NCBI RefSeq assembly: GCF_001194135.2
Contig: NC_068982.1
Coordinates: 125,353,940 to 125,417,939, forward strand
Length of the DNA stretch: 64,000 nucleotides
Direction of reading: 5' to 3'
From: Octopus bimaculoides
Lineage: Eukaryota
Part shown: positions 25,483-37,674 of the stretch, piece by piece
Layout: each line of letters opens with the position of its first letter
How positions within the stretch are numbered: position 1 is the stretch's first letter
The notes under the pieces: model-generated
The model's input: the letters and a program-made list of their open reading frames with translations, nothing else
Told to the model about the DNA's origin: nothing
The model's database searches: none
Program-made: the position numbers and the translations under genes

Positions 25483-26360
25483 TTTAATAGACAAAGAAAC
25501 AGATGTTAGGTTAAACAAATAACGAGTGAGTTTTTTTTTATATACTTCAAACTTCCAAGATAATAATTTTTTTAGAAAAATTTAAAATGATACTTTTTTG
25601 CTGAAGTACGCATATGTACATAGTGTGTGTGTGTGTGTATTCCACATATTGTGGAAACGGATGCACTAGGTGCACGACGAATGACTGTACTGGTTCCAGC
25701 ACTTCATAGTAAGTTTTACACACACACACACGCATGCGCGCGAGCAAACACGCACACCCACATGCGCGCGCGCGCACTCACACACACACATTCGCGCACG
25801 CATACACACATAAACACATGTGCACACGCGCACGCATACACACATAAACACATGTGCACACGCGCACACATACACATACGCACATACACACACACATACA
25901 CGCAAATGCGCGCACGTGCACACACACATACACACACANNNNNNNNNNNNNNNNNNNNNNNNNNNNNNNNNNNNNNNNNNNNNNNNNNNNNNNNNNNNNN
26001 NNNNNNNNNNNNNNNNNNNNNNNNNNNNNNNNNNNNNNNNNNNNNNNNNNNNNNNNNNNNNNNNNNNNNNNNNNNNNNNNNNNNNNNNNNNNNNNNNNNN
26101 NNNNNNNNNNNNNNNNNNNNNNNNNNNNNNNNNNNNNNNNNNNNNNNNNNNNNNNNNNNNNNNNNNNNNNNNNNNNNNNNNNNNNNNNNNNNNNNNNNNN
26201 NNNNNNACAGTAAATGTATACAAATGTAAATCTCTAAAATCTTCCTAAGCTAAAAACTATAGGGACAAGGAAGTAAAAATTTATTCCAGCGCATAAAACT
26301 AATACCAACCACTACAAGAACTCATTGAAATAACACATAGAATGTAAACCATTATATTAA

Positions 26361-28459
26361 CCTTCTATCTACCAATGGGTCCAATGGACCCATTTCAGTT
26401 TTTTCAGTTGCTTTTTCCGACTATTTATATTATTTGATTCTGCTGATTTCTCGTGACTATTACTTCTTGACTCTCTTTTATTTGTCAAATGGGAAATTCT
26501 CCGTATCTTTATAAAAGCTATAAAATTTCACCTTATACATTAATTACCGTTTGGGTCCATTGGACCCTCGAATTAAATTCAGACAATACTCTTGTCCTTC
26601 TAAACAGAATAAAATCAGTATCAAATATTATTTTCTTAAATATTTATCAGATATAAAATAGATAAAATTCTATTCAATTTATTTGATGAATTTTTGATAA
26701 AATAGGAAAAATTATGAAAATATTCCTGCAAATTTGTGTGGTATTGCATCACCTTCAATCTGCTCGGTTATAGGGTGGTGTAATATTTCTATGTGATGGC
26801 GCAATTCTTGCAATATCCGTATCATCTTTCAGGAGAGTATAAATATGTGAGAGAACACTATCTGCCTTTAGTCTGCTATCAAGTTTCATATAGTTCAGTT
26901 GTACTTTCCAATATGCCTAGATGTGAAAACTTGAGTGAAGACCAAATATCGAAAAGGCTATTGGAATTAGATGAAGAATGGGAAGAAGATAGTAGTGATT
27001 CCTTCTATTGCTCTGAAGATGAATGGGAAAGTGATTGTGGGCTGGACAGTTTAGGTTCTGTGTTATCAGATGATGAAGATACTCAAAAACAGTTATCTGC
27101 AAGCCACCTAATTATGAACGAGCAATATGTTTCTAGAGACAGACAAGAAGTTTGGCATTCTAATCGTCTTGCTCGAGCAGCAGTAAGAACTTTATCTTGC
27201 AATATTGTGTGCCAAGAATGTGGACCATCCCGTTTTATTAAAAGGTCTTGCAATGGCATTGAAACATGTTTTACTATCTTTATGCGCCAGAATCTTCTTG
27301 AAGTAATTCTTCAAGGTCAGGCTGTTTACAAAGATAAATGGAAGGAAATTGATCACTCTGTGGAATTAAAATTTGGGCAATATGCGGCAGTGAAACATTT
27401 TATGCCTGGAAAATGCAAATCTACACGGGAAAAGACCCAGTAAAAGGGAGAGAGACAAATTAAGGTTCAAGAGTTGTTGAAGACCTAGTAAAAGAACTTG
27501 GGGAAATACTGGTCGCAGTATAACTTGTGATAATTTTATTACAAGTGTAGGATTGGCTCGAAAGCTGATTAGTAAGAAAGCTACTTTAGTTGGAACAATT
27601 AGAAAGAACAGAGTTGAACTTCCAAGTGCTTTCACAAATGGAAAAGAAAGAGAAATCAACAGCACAATATTTGGATTTCAAAAGGATTCTATGATCCTAT
27701 CTTATTGTCTCGAGAAAAATTATGTCGTCATACTTATGAGTACAATGCACTCTCAATTGATTCAAAAAGCGCTGAAAAGGAACCTGAAGTTATTACATTT
27801 TACAACAAAACAAAAGGAGGAGTAGATAGCTTAGATAAGACGGTAAGGACATAGACATGCAAAGGAATGTATTCTACAGCATGATTGATGTAAGTGCAGT
27901 GGATGCTTTCATTGTTGCTAAACAGCTTCATTGCAAAGTTTCAAAGATAAAAGAAGACAGTGTCTAATTCATTTACGAAAGGAACTTGCTGGAGTTAATG
28001 CTAAACAAGAACATGACAAACAATCTTCTAGTTCCGCTAACATTTCTCAACCAAACAAGAAAAGAAGACGATTTTCAGCCTCATTTGAGATTCCTCAGTC
28101 AAAGAAAAAAGGAAGATGTTCTTTGTGTGGCTCCAAAAAAGACAGAAATACTCGTACTACATGTAAGAATTGTAATATCCATGTTTGCCAGGAACATTCC
28201 AATGTTGACTGCATTCACTGCCACAAAGAGCTGTAATTCCGTATTTTTGTAATTCCTTTAATTTAACACACATTCTGTAAGCTGTATTTTTTTAATTAAA
28301 ATTTGTGAGAAACAGTAATTCTTTATTCACCTGATAGCATATATAATGTAGCTAAGAAATAGTGGTAGTTTGAATAAAATTTAATAAAAATAAAAATACT
28401 GGGTCCATTGGACCCAGTTGATAATTAGTGACATGCACTTTCCCTAGTAGACCAAGGGG
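26361..28459 (+). mobile_element. piggyBac-family transposon, internally deleted, non-autonomous
   Basis: TTAA at 26357-26360 and 28460-28463. Imperfect terminal repeats (CCTTCTATCTAC / rc CCCCTTGGTCTAC). Subterminal GGGTCCA(A/T)TGGACCC at about 26377, 26553 and 28401. Confidence 0.92.
26913..28236 (+). pseudogene. piggyBac (PGBD-type) transposase pseudogene
   Basis: Acidic N-terminus. Motifs WKEID, GIKIWAIC...MQIYTGK, SITCDNFITS, TLVGTIRKNR and YNKTKGGVDSLDK. Cys-rich C-terminus RCSLCGSKKDRNTRTTCKNCNIHVCQEH. Frameshifts, stops, and loss of the TVDE segment. Confidence 0.9.
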
Positions 28460-28624
28460 TTAAGCAGCAGACTAATACAACTATTTAATACTCTGGTGGC
28501 TGGAATTAGCTATTTGCTGAATGCAGTGGCTCCTTGAGACATGCAATTTATTCTAAGGGTCACGCAAAGGTAAAAAGGTTGAGAAACACTTATCACTTAC
28601 ATTGTTATTTTTTTTTTTTAGGGG

Positions 28625-28970
28625 GGCGGTGTTGCTTTGGCTACTATGTTGATATCATCCACATAGCGGAAGTACATGATACGGGTTATGAATTTCTCTG
28701 TTAATTTCTCTTTGAATCTCCTATCTCACCATAAATAGATTAGCCACATCGCCAGCGATACTGACACCGATGGCTGCACTTTGCTCTTGGGCGTATATCT
28801 TGTTATTAAACTTATGTGGCCCTTGAGTGTAATTTTGGTGCTCGCACCCACCGCATGTACGACCATCTTTTTAACCCGATCATAGTTATCAGGGACCTTT
28901 ATAGCTCTGGTCCACCCGTTCTATCTCTCTCTGGGGGTCTTCTTGGCCATGGAATTATATATTTATTAAG
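28625..28970 (-). pseudogene. Penelope-like element reverse transcriptase fragment
   Basis: Frameshifted translation: AAIGVSIAGDVANLFMV / W*DRRFKEKLTEKFITRIMYFRYVDDINIVAKATP. RYVDD is encoded at 28654-28668. Not in the ORF track. Confidence 0.75.
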
Positions 28971-29239
28971 CATAATTTATTTTATCTTTTTTTTTATTTT
29001 TTGTTAAACTTGCTACAGTTGGCAAACCCAGCGGCTTTTTATAACAAAACAGTCTTTATTTTATTTTATTTTATTTTATCATTCTCTCCTAATGGTACCT
29101 TGTATGACATTTTTGCAGAGCCTCTAAAGCTGGTGAGAGGAACGAAAGGGGAAAATTACAACATATAGATTGTTATAATACGAAGTATGGCATCAGGATA
29201 ATTAATTATTCTCAGATCAAAAATCTAGTCCGAAATGCT

Positions 29240-29640
29240 TAACATGGTTGTGTAGTTATGGACCTTGCTTCGCAACCACGTGGTTTCGGCTTCAGCCTCA
29301 CTGTGCGACACCTTGGATAAGTGCCTTCTACTACGGCTCCGGGTTGGCTTGTGAGTGAATTTCGTAGATGGCAACTGTTTGGAAGCCAGTCGCATATGTA
29401 TGTGTGTTTGTGTTGCGTTTGTGTTTATCCCATACTATTGCTTGACAACCGGTGTTGGTTTGTTTATGTCCTTATCACTTAGCAATTCGGCGAAAGCGGC
29501 CGATAGAATAAGACTCAGACTTTTGGGGAAAAAAAAATAAAAAGCATTGGAATCGATTTGTTCATCTAAATCCTTCAAATGGCTGCCCCAGCGTGGCCGC
29601 TGTCCAATAACTGAAACAAGTTAAAGATAAGAGATAAACT
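29240..29640 (+). mobile_element. SINE family B, old copy
   Basis: GGTTGTGTAGTTATGG head, CACCTTGGATAAGTGCCTTCTAC CORE-like block, 3' end ACTGAAACAAGTTAAAGATAA. Confidence 0.85.
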
Positions 29641-29964
29641 TACTGAAATCTGCTAAAAGCACCCAAAGCCAAAATACTTTGTAATATCCTGTATATTTAC
29701 TAAACTTGAGAAGAAAACACTGGAAGGCTTCCCACTTCCTTTCTTATGTAAGATATGCTACACATTGAAGTTACTTTCTGCTGCCAACAATGATTGGCTC
29801 GACAATCTGTTTACGTAATAAAATCTCTTTTCTCCTTGTACCTTGACGACTTTCAGCTTTGTGCTGGCTGTCGTCTTTTACGTTGATTCTCTTTACGCCC
29901 TTAATTCATCACGGATGTCTATTTATAGTGTTTAAACTGTCTTGCGTGCCTGACTGGAAGGGGA

Positions 29965-29966
29965 GA

Positions 29967-30029
<63 letters not shown>

Positions 30030-30082
30030 GGGGAGGTAGAAGAAGATGAAGAAGAAGAAGAAGAAGAAGAAGAAGAAGAAGA
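29965..30082. repeat. Compound (AG)n-(GAA)n microsatellite
   Basis: Direct reading. Confidence 0.95.
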
Positions 30083-30384
30083 ATTGACACCATTCACCAA
30101 CCACCAAGCATAGTTTGTCTTATGAGATGTTTCACAAACTCTAGCTAACTCGATGTTCTTTGGGTGACAGCGACAACCTACATATTTCTTGGATCACTCT
30201 ATCAGAAAGGTAAATATCACAACACTCATTCACAGAACCATCTCACATGCTTCAAACTAACCACTAAAATAGAATTGTCTTCTTCCAGTGGACCTAACCC
30301 GTCGAGTCAATAATATTCAGAAATAACTAATGAAGAGATTTATGGCTATTACTAACTCTAACTTCCTTATCATTATTCACTAGA

Positions 30385-30950
30385 AGGAAGGTAATGAGCT
30401 GGCAGAATCATTAGCATGCCGGTCAAAATTCTTGGCGGCATTTCGTCCGTCTTCATGTTCTAGGTTCAAATTCTGCGAAGTCAACTTTACCTTTTCACCC
30501 TTTCGGGATCAATAAAATAAATGCCATCGATGTAACCGACTTACCCCATCCACCGAAATTGCTGGCCTTGTGCCAAAATCTGAAACCATTATTAACTAGA
30601 AGTTTTTAAGGTGGTGAGCTGGCAAAATTGTTAGTACGCTGGACGAAATGTTTAGCGGCACATCGTCCATCTTTACGTTGCGTGCTGAAATGTCGTCGAG
30701 GTCGACTTTGCCTTTCATTCTTTCGGGGTCAATGAAATAAGTATCAGCTAAGTACTGGGGTCGATTTAATCGACTAGTCCACTCTCCCGAAATTGCTAGT
30801 CTTGTGACAAAACTTGAAACCATTATTAACAGAAGAGGCTTTTAAAGCGGCGAGCTAGTAAAATTGTTAGTACGCCGCACAAAATGCTTGGTGACATTTA
30901 GTCCGTATTTATGTTGTGTGTTCAAATGCCGCCGAAGTCGACTTTGCCTT
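30385..30950 (+). mobile_element. Three head-to-tail SINE family A copies
   Basis: Heads at about 30390, 30608 and 30845; the third copy is truncated after GTCGACTTTGCCTTT. Confidence 0.85.
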
Positions 30951-31147
30951 TCTTTCAGACATACTTTGTGTTGAAATTAGAAAATAGATTATTCAAGAAG
31001 CACTAAGGCCAGTAAAGGAGCTTCTACGAGATCACTCGGTTTGTTAAAAGTGGTTACCAAATGCTCTTAAAGTACAACTTAGCGTCTTAAAAAGAACACA
31101 TTGTATAATATGAAAAATTTTTTGTTACATATTTTGTTGTATCTCAG

Positions 31148-31547
31148 GAAAATCATTATGTCACTAATAAACACATACACCGGTTCTATTTTTCTTCCGA
31201 ATTTTTGTTTATTATTTGGTCAACTATTTAACCAATTAACTAATGGATTTTTGATTAATTTTTCAGCCTGTCAATCAGTTTTGTCAAAGTCCTTTCGTTA
31301 CCATTCGCGATCTTATCAATTCATGCCCTCTCTCCAGCAGACCTGGGGTAGAGAGTGTTTCATTGAATGGCGATGCAAGAACTTTGACAAAACTAACAAT
31401 CTGGCTGATTGTTTGACTGACTGAACGATTAATCAAACAATCAATTAGTTAATTGGTTAAATGATTAACCAACTGATTATAAAATAAATTTTAAGAAAGA
31501 AGTGAAACAGAACCAGTTCATGTGTTTACTGTGGTATAATGACCCTC
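31148..31547. mobile_element. Foldback MITE (400 bp, long imperfect TIRs)
   Basis: Left TTAACCAATTAACTAAT.GATT.TTTGATTAAT mirrors right ATTAATCAAACAATCAATTAGTTAATTGGTTAA. TCATTAT/ATAATGA near the ends. CAG flanks both sides (possible 3-bp TSD). Confidence 0.75.
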
Positions 31548-31797
31548 CAGAGGTACAACAAAAGAACTAGGTAATCTTGCCAAATTTGGATGTATTAGTA
31601 CGAACTTGACATTCAGTATAAAACTAGTGACATAGCAGCCAACTAAATAACACAGTAGTCGAGAACGTAAGTGATCTGGCATAATAAATGTATACGCACA
31701 ATAACATTTTTATAGAAAATACAAAAACAACTTATGATTACTGCTTTAGAATTCAAAAATTCTAACATTACTTACACGTGATGACTACTACAAATCA

Positions 31798-32117
31798 CAG
31801 TGGAACCTCGGTTTAACAATCCAATTCGTTCCTAAATGCTGTTCGTCACTCGAAATGTTATTAAACCGAAACTATTTTTCCCATAGGAAATTCGAGAGAA
31901 GGCACAGCGAATTCAAACAGTGATGTACACTGAGCGAAAGCTAGACAACTGTTGACTCTCTCCCGCTGATGCACCCAGCTTGTCACCAACTGTTGTTGCC
32001 GGCTTGCATGTTCATTACTCGAGACACCGTTCGTCATCCGTGACGTTTTATATTCGAAAACTTGCTCGAAACAGATTTGATAGTGATGAACGACGTTGGT
32101 AAACCGAGTTTCCACTG
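31798..32117. mobile_element. Tigger/pogo-type MITE
   Basis: 18-bp TIRs CAGTGGAACCTCGGTTTA / TAAACCGAGTTTCCACTG (1 mismatch). TA on the right, CA on the left. Confidence 0.85.
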
Positions 32118-32609
32118 TAATTAAGATGACTTAATCACCGTTTTATAGTATATTTTATAAGTATGAAACATTACGCATTGGAACTCGGGGCTGCTAACAT
32201 TGTTTGCGCGTAATAATTATTAATTAAGCTGATTGCTATTCCTTGCTCAGCTACTACCTCACTTCCGTTTTCTACCGGATGTCAAGGTCATACAAATATA
32301 TGTGAATCCTGCCGGATTACCAAGTACAATAATGAATCGTAAATACCGAGAGAACTAACCAGAAAGTGCTTTGTTCGTAAAATTAACTTTTGTCTTTAGC
32401 TACACATATCTGCGAGACTAATAATAACAAAACCAAAACAATGCGGGTGAATACAAAAATAGACATAAGTAGAATCGCCTAAATTAGTGTGAACAAATTC
32501 AATATATTGAGTATTAAACAATTAATCGGAAAGTAATTCATGAGGTGTGGAAAAGACAGTGTCTCGATGACAAATATTACCTATTTCAGCAAATATGGGA
32601 GACAACACA

Positions 32610-32711
32610 AAACAACAACAATAGCAACGACGACCACCACGACCACCACCACCGCTGCCATCGCCGCCGCCGTCGCCGCCGCCGCCACCACCACCACCGC
32701 CGCCACCGCCG

Positions 32712-32752
<41 letters not shown>

Positions 32753-32765
32753 GTTGCTGCTACTA
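32610..32765. repeat. Compound triplet microsatellite (AAC, CAC, CGC, TAC)
   Basis: Direct reading; explains ORFs 32540-32806 and 32545-32766. Confidence 0.9.
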
Positions 32766-32809
32766 GGATCTTTGTGGTTTTCGTGACTGTTTACAATTAT
32801 CTTTGAGAG

Positions 32810-33710
32810 ATTTTTTTAATGTATCATATAGAAGTAAATTTTGACGCTGAATCCGAATTTGTTATTCATTTATTCAACAAAAATTTAACAAAAATGTTAC
32901 AGGTGTTCAAAGTTTGATAATTTTCAGAATTTTCAGCCAATCAGAAAACAACGCGTTCGCTGCCTCTTCCATCATCATGGAGGTGTATGTGTGGGGGAAG
33001 GGGGCATCGGCATGTCAAAACATTGCTAGAAATAACTGTCAAAACATTAAAATATGCACGAATGAAGTTAACATTAAAACATTCGCGAGCGAATTAAGTA
33101 TCTAAAAGCTACGAACAAACGAACCAACAGGAGTTGCTAGAAATAACAGTCAAAACATTGTTTAAAACAGACATTTATTAATTGAAAAAATTCAAGAACG
33201 AAAATTTGAAGTACACTCTAGGAGTTTATAAAATAAATTGTCTTTCTCGTATCTCCTTCTCCCCCTTGTGCACATGCGCAGCATCTTTGGTTACTATAGA
33301 AACAGAATTTTTCGCTACGGGGATGTGTGAAATACTCGCTTCTGATTGGCTAGAATACCCAAATTTTGCAAATTTAAAGGTTAATAACTTTTTTATTATG
33401 GATTTATAGGGAAAATNNNNNNNNNNGAAAATTTGAAGTACACTCTAGGAGTTTATAAAATAAATTGTCTTTCTCGTATCTCCTTCTCCCCCTTGTGCAC
33501 ATGCGCAGCATCTTTGGTTACTATAGAAACAGAATTTTTCGCTACGGGGATGTGTGAAATACTCGCTTCTGATTGGCTAGAATACCCAAATTTTGCAAAT
33601 TTAAAGGTTAATAACTTTTTTATTATGGATTTATAGGGAAAATGGATTACATTTTCATAATTAGTATACAAAACTTAATCCATATACCAAATTTGAAAAC
33701 AATTGGAACA
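32810..33710. mobile_element. Unclassified MITE-like repeat
   Basis: Inverted AGCCAATCAGAA / TTCTGATTGGCT blocks at about 32935 and 33340/33570, and internal repeats of TGTCAAAACATT. Clear termini not found. Confidence 0.4.
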
Positions 33711-34614
33711 GAATTGTAAACAGTGACGAAAACCACGAAGATCCTGCTGCTGTTACGGGGTCATTCGACCTGCTAGAAATAAGAGCCAAATGTCCTTCAG
33801 TCTTAAGAAAGGAAGGACACTCTGGATAATGTAATATTGGATGTACCAAGAATACGAGATGGTTATGGCTGGAACGCCTCCGATCAGTGTTGCCTTAAGG
33901 GCTAAATATAAACACCACCACCACCACCACTTCTACTACTACTACTACGATGATAATGATGATGATGACAACGACGACGAAGCTGTTAATGGTAGTGGTG
34001 ATGATGATGACGATGTTGTCTATATGTAAACAAGTTGTTAGTAGCACAAAAAGCTGGTGCAGTCAGTGTAACTACAGACAATGACAATGACAATTTTTGA
34101 ACGTCGTCATTCACGAAGCGCCAAATCCAAGTCTGAGTTACAATTCGTGATTGAAAGTCATGTAACATCGTGTATAACACGCTGACGTCATTAGCAAGGG
34201 CAAACATATTTCCCCTCTCCACATTTTCTCGCCAATAAATATTACACTTTTTTTTTACGTTTAAACCAAACGTGGACAACCTTTTGAAAGAAGCAGGTCG
34301 CAAGAGACGTGACTCATCATCAAGTAGACCGTACTACTAAATATTCAAGGTAATTTTTTTTGGGGGGGGATGCCAGTCAGTAAGCCCTGACGACCAGTTT
34401 GTCTATGACTGGTTTAAATTTAGCCTCTTTTCATTTCTGTTGCTCTCAGTAAAATATATTTACGGACTAACTAAAGTAGTGATGCGTTTCATCCGGGTTA
34501 ATTACTGGTGTAACGAAAAGACACACTAACAGAATATAAAACTCGAAATGAATTTTTTATTCTTTAATTAAAGTCTAATTTTCCTCCTCCTCCTCCTCCT
34601 CCTCCTCCTCCTCC

Positions 34615-34667
<53 letters not shown>

Positions 34668-35469
34668 GTTTTTCTTCTACTACTTCTTTCACTCTTTTTT
34701 TTTTCTTCTTCTTTGATTCTTAATGCTCGAATAATCAATTAAAAAGTATTTTTATCCATTTGCTTCTGACGTGTTTAAGGTCAAGTAAATTTTTAAAGGT
34801 TCAACAAAAATATTTTATCCTCTTTCGCAGTGCCGGACTCTCTATTTATATACTCCTAGTGACGGACAAGTGACTGACAGAGGTCATCATTGTTTAGCCC
34901 TAAAATCATACGTTATTCACGGAAAGCAATTTCACCTTCGCTGACAGTTTTATTTATGCTTTCTTTACCCCTATCGAGTCGGTACCACATGTTCAATTCG
35001 TGGATCTAATTAATGTCCGTTTGTTCTTGTTCTGAGATGTCAACTTCTCTTTGTTTAAACAGTTGGGTGCAGTTTCTTGAGGGCAGAATATCAAATAAAA
35101 CACAAAAAACACACAGTAGTATGTGCTAATGTGAAAATCAAATATTGCGTTCTATGTAGTTTCTCTATTGGAAACACACTGTATTGAGATTTAACTCTTG
35201 AAGCATGTAGCTGTCGCTATTTTCTTTCCAGGGGTTTCACTAAACAGGTCAATGTCCTCATTAAACTGCTTGTCTTTCCCGGTAAGTTCTACTAACAGGT
35301 TATGAGAGTAATTGGATTGAATTGCCTATGTTCAGTCCACGAAGGCCTCAACATGTTCTCTCCACCAACCACGATCCGATGTGGAGGCCGTGAATTTAAG
35401 CTTAAGATCATACTGGTTTGACGAACCTACTCTGTCACACTGGCTTGACAGAGGAGTGCAGTTTCTTTT

Positions 35470-36783
35470 TTCTCTATACTCATACCCAGGAGCAGTCAAG
35501 TCGATTACATCGATCGCAGTATTTAACTGGTACTTATTTTATCGACATCAAAATGATAAATGGCTAAGTCGGTATCAGCAGAATTTGAATTAGATGAAAT
35601 ACCGCTAAGCATTTTGCCCAGCGTGCTAAAGATTCTGGCAGCTTGCCGCCTTTCTTCTAGCTAATNNNNNNNNNNNNNNNNNNNNNNNNNNNNNNNNNNN
35701 NNNNNNNNNNNNNNNNNNNNNNNNNNNNNNNNNNNNNNNNNNNNNNNNNNNNNNNNNNNNNNNNNNNNNNNNNNNNNNNNNNNNNNNNNNNNNNNNNNNN
35801 NNNNNNNNNNNNNNNNNNNNNNNNNNNNNNNNNNNNNNNNNNNNNNNNNNNNNNNNNNNNNNNNNNNNNNNNNNNNNNNNNNNNNNNNNNNNNNNNNNNN
35901 NNNNNNNNNNNNNNNNNNNNNNNNNNNNNNNNNNNNNNNNNNNNNNNNNNNNNNNNNNNNNNNNNNNNNNNNNNNNNNNNNNNNNNNNNNNNNNNNNNNN
36001 NNNNNNNNNNNNNNNNNNNNNNNNNNNNNNNNNNNNNNNNNNNNNNNNNNNNNNNNNNNNNNNNNNNNNNNNNNNNNNNNNNNNNNNNNNNNNNNNNNNN
36101 NNNNNNNNNNNNNNNNNNNNNNNNNNNNNNNNNNNNNNNNNNNNNNNNNNNNNNNNNNNNNNNNNNNNNNNNNNNNNNNNNNNNNNNNNNNNNNNNNNNN
36201 NNNNNNNNNNNNNNNNNNNNNNNNNNNNNNNNNNNNNNNNNNNNNNNNNNNNNNNNNNNNNNNNNNNNNNNNNNNNNNNNNNNNNNNNNNNNNNNNNNNN
36301 NNNNNNNNNNNNNNNNNNNNNNNNNNNNNNNNNNNNNNNNNNNNNNNNNNNNNNNNNNNNNNNNNNNNNNNNNNNNNNNNNNNNNNNNNNNNNNNNNNNN
36401 NNNNNNNNNNNNNNNNNNNNNNNNNNNNNNNNNNNNNNNNNNNNNNNNNNNNNNNNNNNNNNNNNNNNNNNNNNNNNNNNNNNNNNNNNNNNNNNNNNNN
36501 NNNNNNNNNNNNNNNNNNNNNNNNNNNNNNNNNNNNNNNNNNNNNNNNNNNNNNNNNNNNNAAACAAAATCAATCTATGCATTATGAACAGCTCTAATAA
36601 TCTTTTCTACTCTAGGCACAAGACCCGAAATTTTGCGGGGAGGGGCTAGTCGATTAAATCGACCCCAGTATGCAATTGATACTTAATTTATCGACCCTGA
36701 AAGGATGAAAGGCAAAGTCGACCCCGGCGGAGAACTAAGCATTTTGTCCGGCGTGCTAACGTTTTTGCCAGCTCGCCGCCTTC
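35470..36783 (-). mobile_element. Two SINE family A copies on either side of an assembly gap
   Basis: Copies at about 35470-35652 and 36598-36783. Confidence 0.8.
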
Positions 36784-37674
36784 AACAGCCCTAATAATGC
36801 AAATATTATTCATACCACTTGTCTTGCCTAGCTTGAGATTTTCAGTGTTTTTCAGTGTTTTTCAGTGTTCGACTTCTTAAAGGGACATTTCCTCTAAGCT
36901 ATACCATAGCTAAGGAGCGCTTAAACAAAACACATACCATAAGTATGTGGTATCGATAATGCTTGCATCATTAGAGCTACTTATAATCTATAATTTAATA
37001 TATATATTTTCAACAATAATCCCACCTCTCCGCTTTCCTTGCTTTATTTTATTTTATCTTATTTTATTTGGCTTTACAAACTTGTATTTCTACTTCAAAT
37101 TTTCATCCATTCATAGTGTTCATTAAAAGTGCTGCTTCTTTCTGTTAACCGCACCACCGCTCTTCTGACGCGACATCCACCCACTCGTCAATTGCATGCA
37201 TTTTACCCCTCAACTTTCTCCCCACTACTTGACCTATCCACTACATCTTGTGCAACTTCCGTTTTCTGCAGTCAACCCCCACCACTGCTCTTATCTTCTC
37301 TAAATCTTCACTCCTCTTTTCTAAACGCAACTATAAAAAAGCATTTGCTTTCAAGCACATGCATAAACTTGTAAAAGCTAAAAGTATTTTTCGTTGCCGT
37401 GAATAAAGAAATTAAATATTATTGCCACAAGAAAAATTAATATCATGCATTCATTTTAAAATATTTTCCCCGTTTGTCAAAATATATATATTTTTTTCTA
37501 ATCGGACATTCTATCACCTTGAATCTATATCCTGCTCACCTGAAAACCTGGTTGGAATGTTTGCAACAGTGTGGGTTCAATAAAAGGCTTCCAGAGGTTA
37601 AAGTGGTGCCATTAAACAGTGTAGCAGATTAACTTTATAACTCATGAACAGGTGCAGCTTGTCTAACAGGCTTC

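Noticed and set aside
25710-25938. CG-containing alternating purine-pyrimidine tract (Z-DNA potential)
   Set aside because: Consistent with a mutated (CA)n microsatellite like many others in the window.
33200-33643. Identical 217-bp tandem duplication giving twin ORFs (33182-33409, 33433-33636)
   Set aside because: The copies are separated by a 10-N gap and show no differences, so this is most likely a scaffolding overlap artefact.
34387-34420. CTGACGA followed by a CCAGT/ACTGG stem-loop
   Set aside because: No GAAA or cleavage triplet follows; at most a decayed motif.
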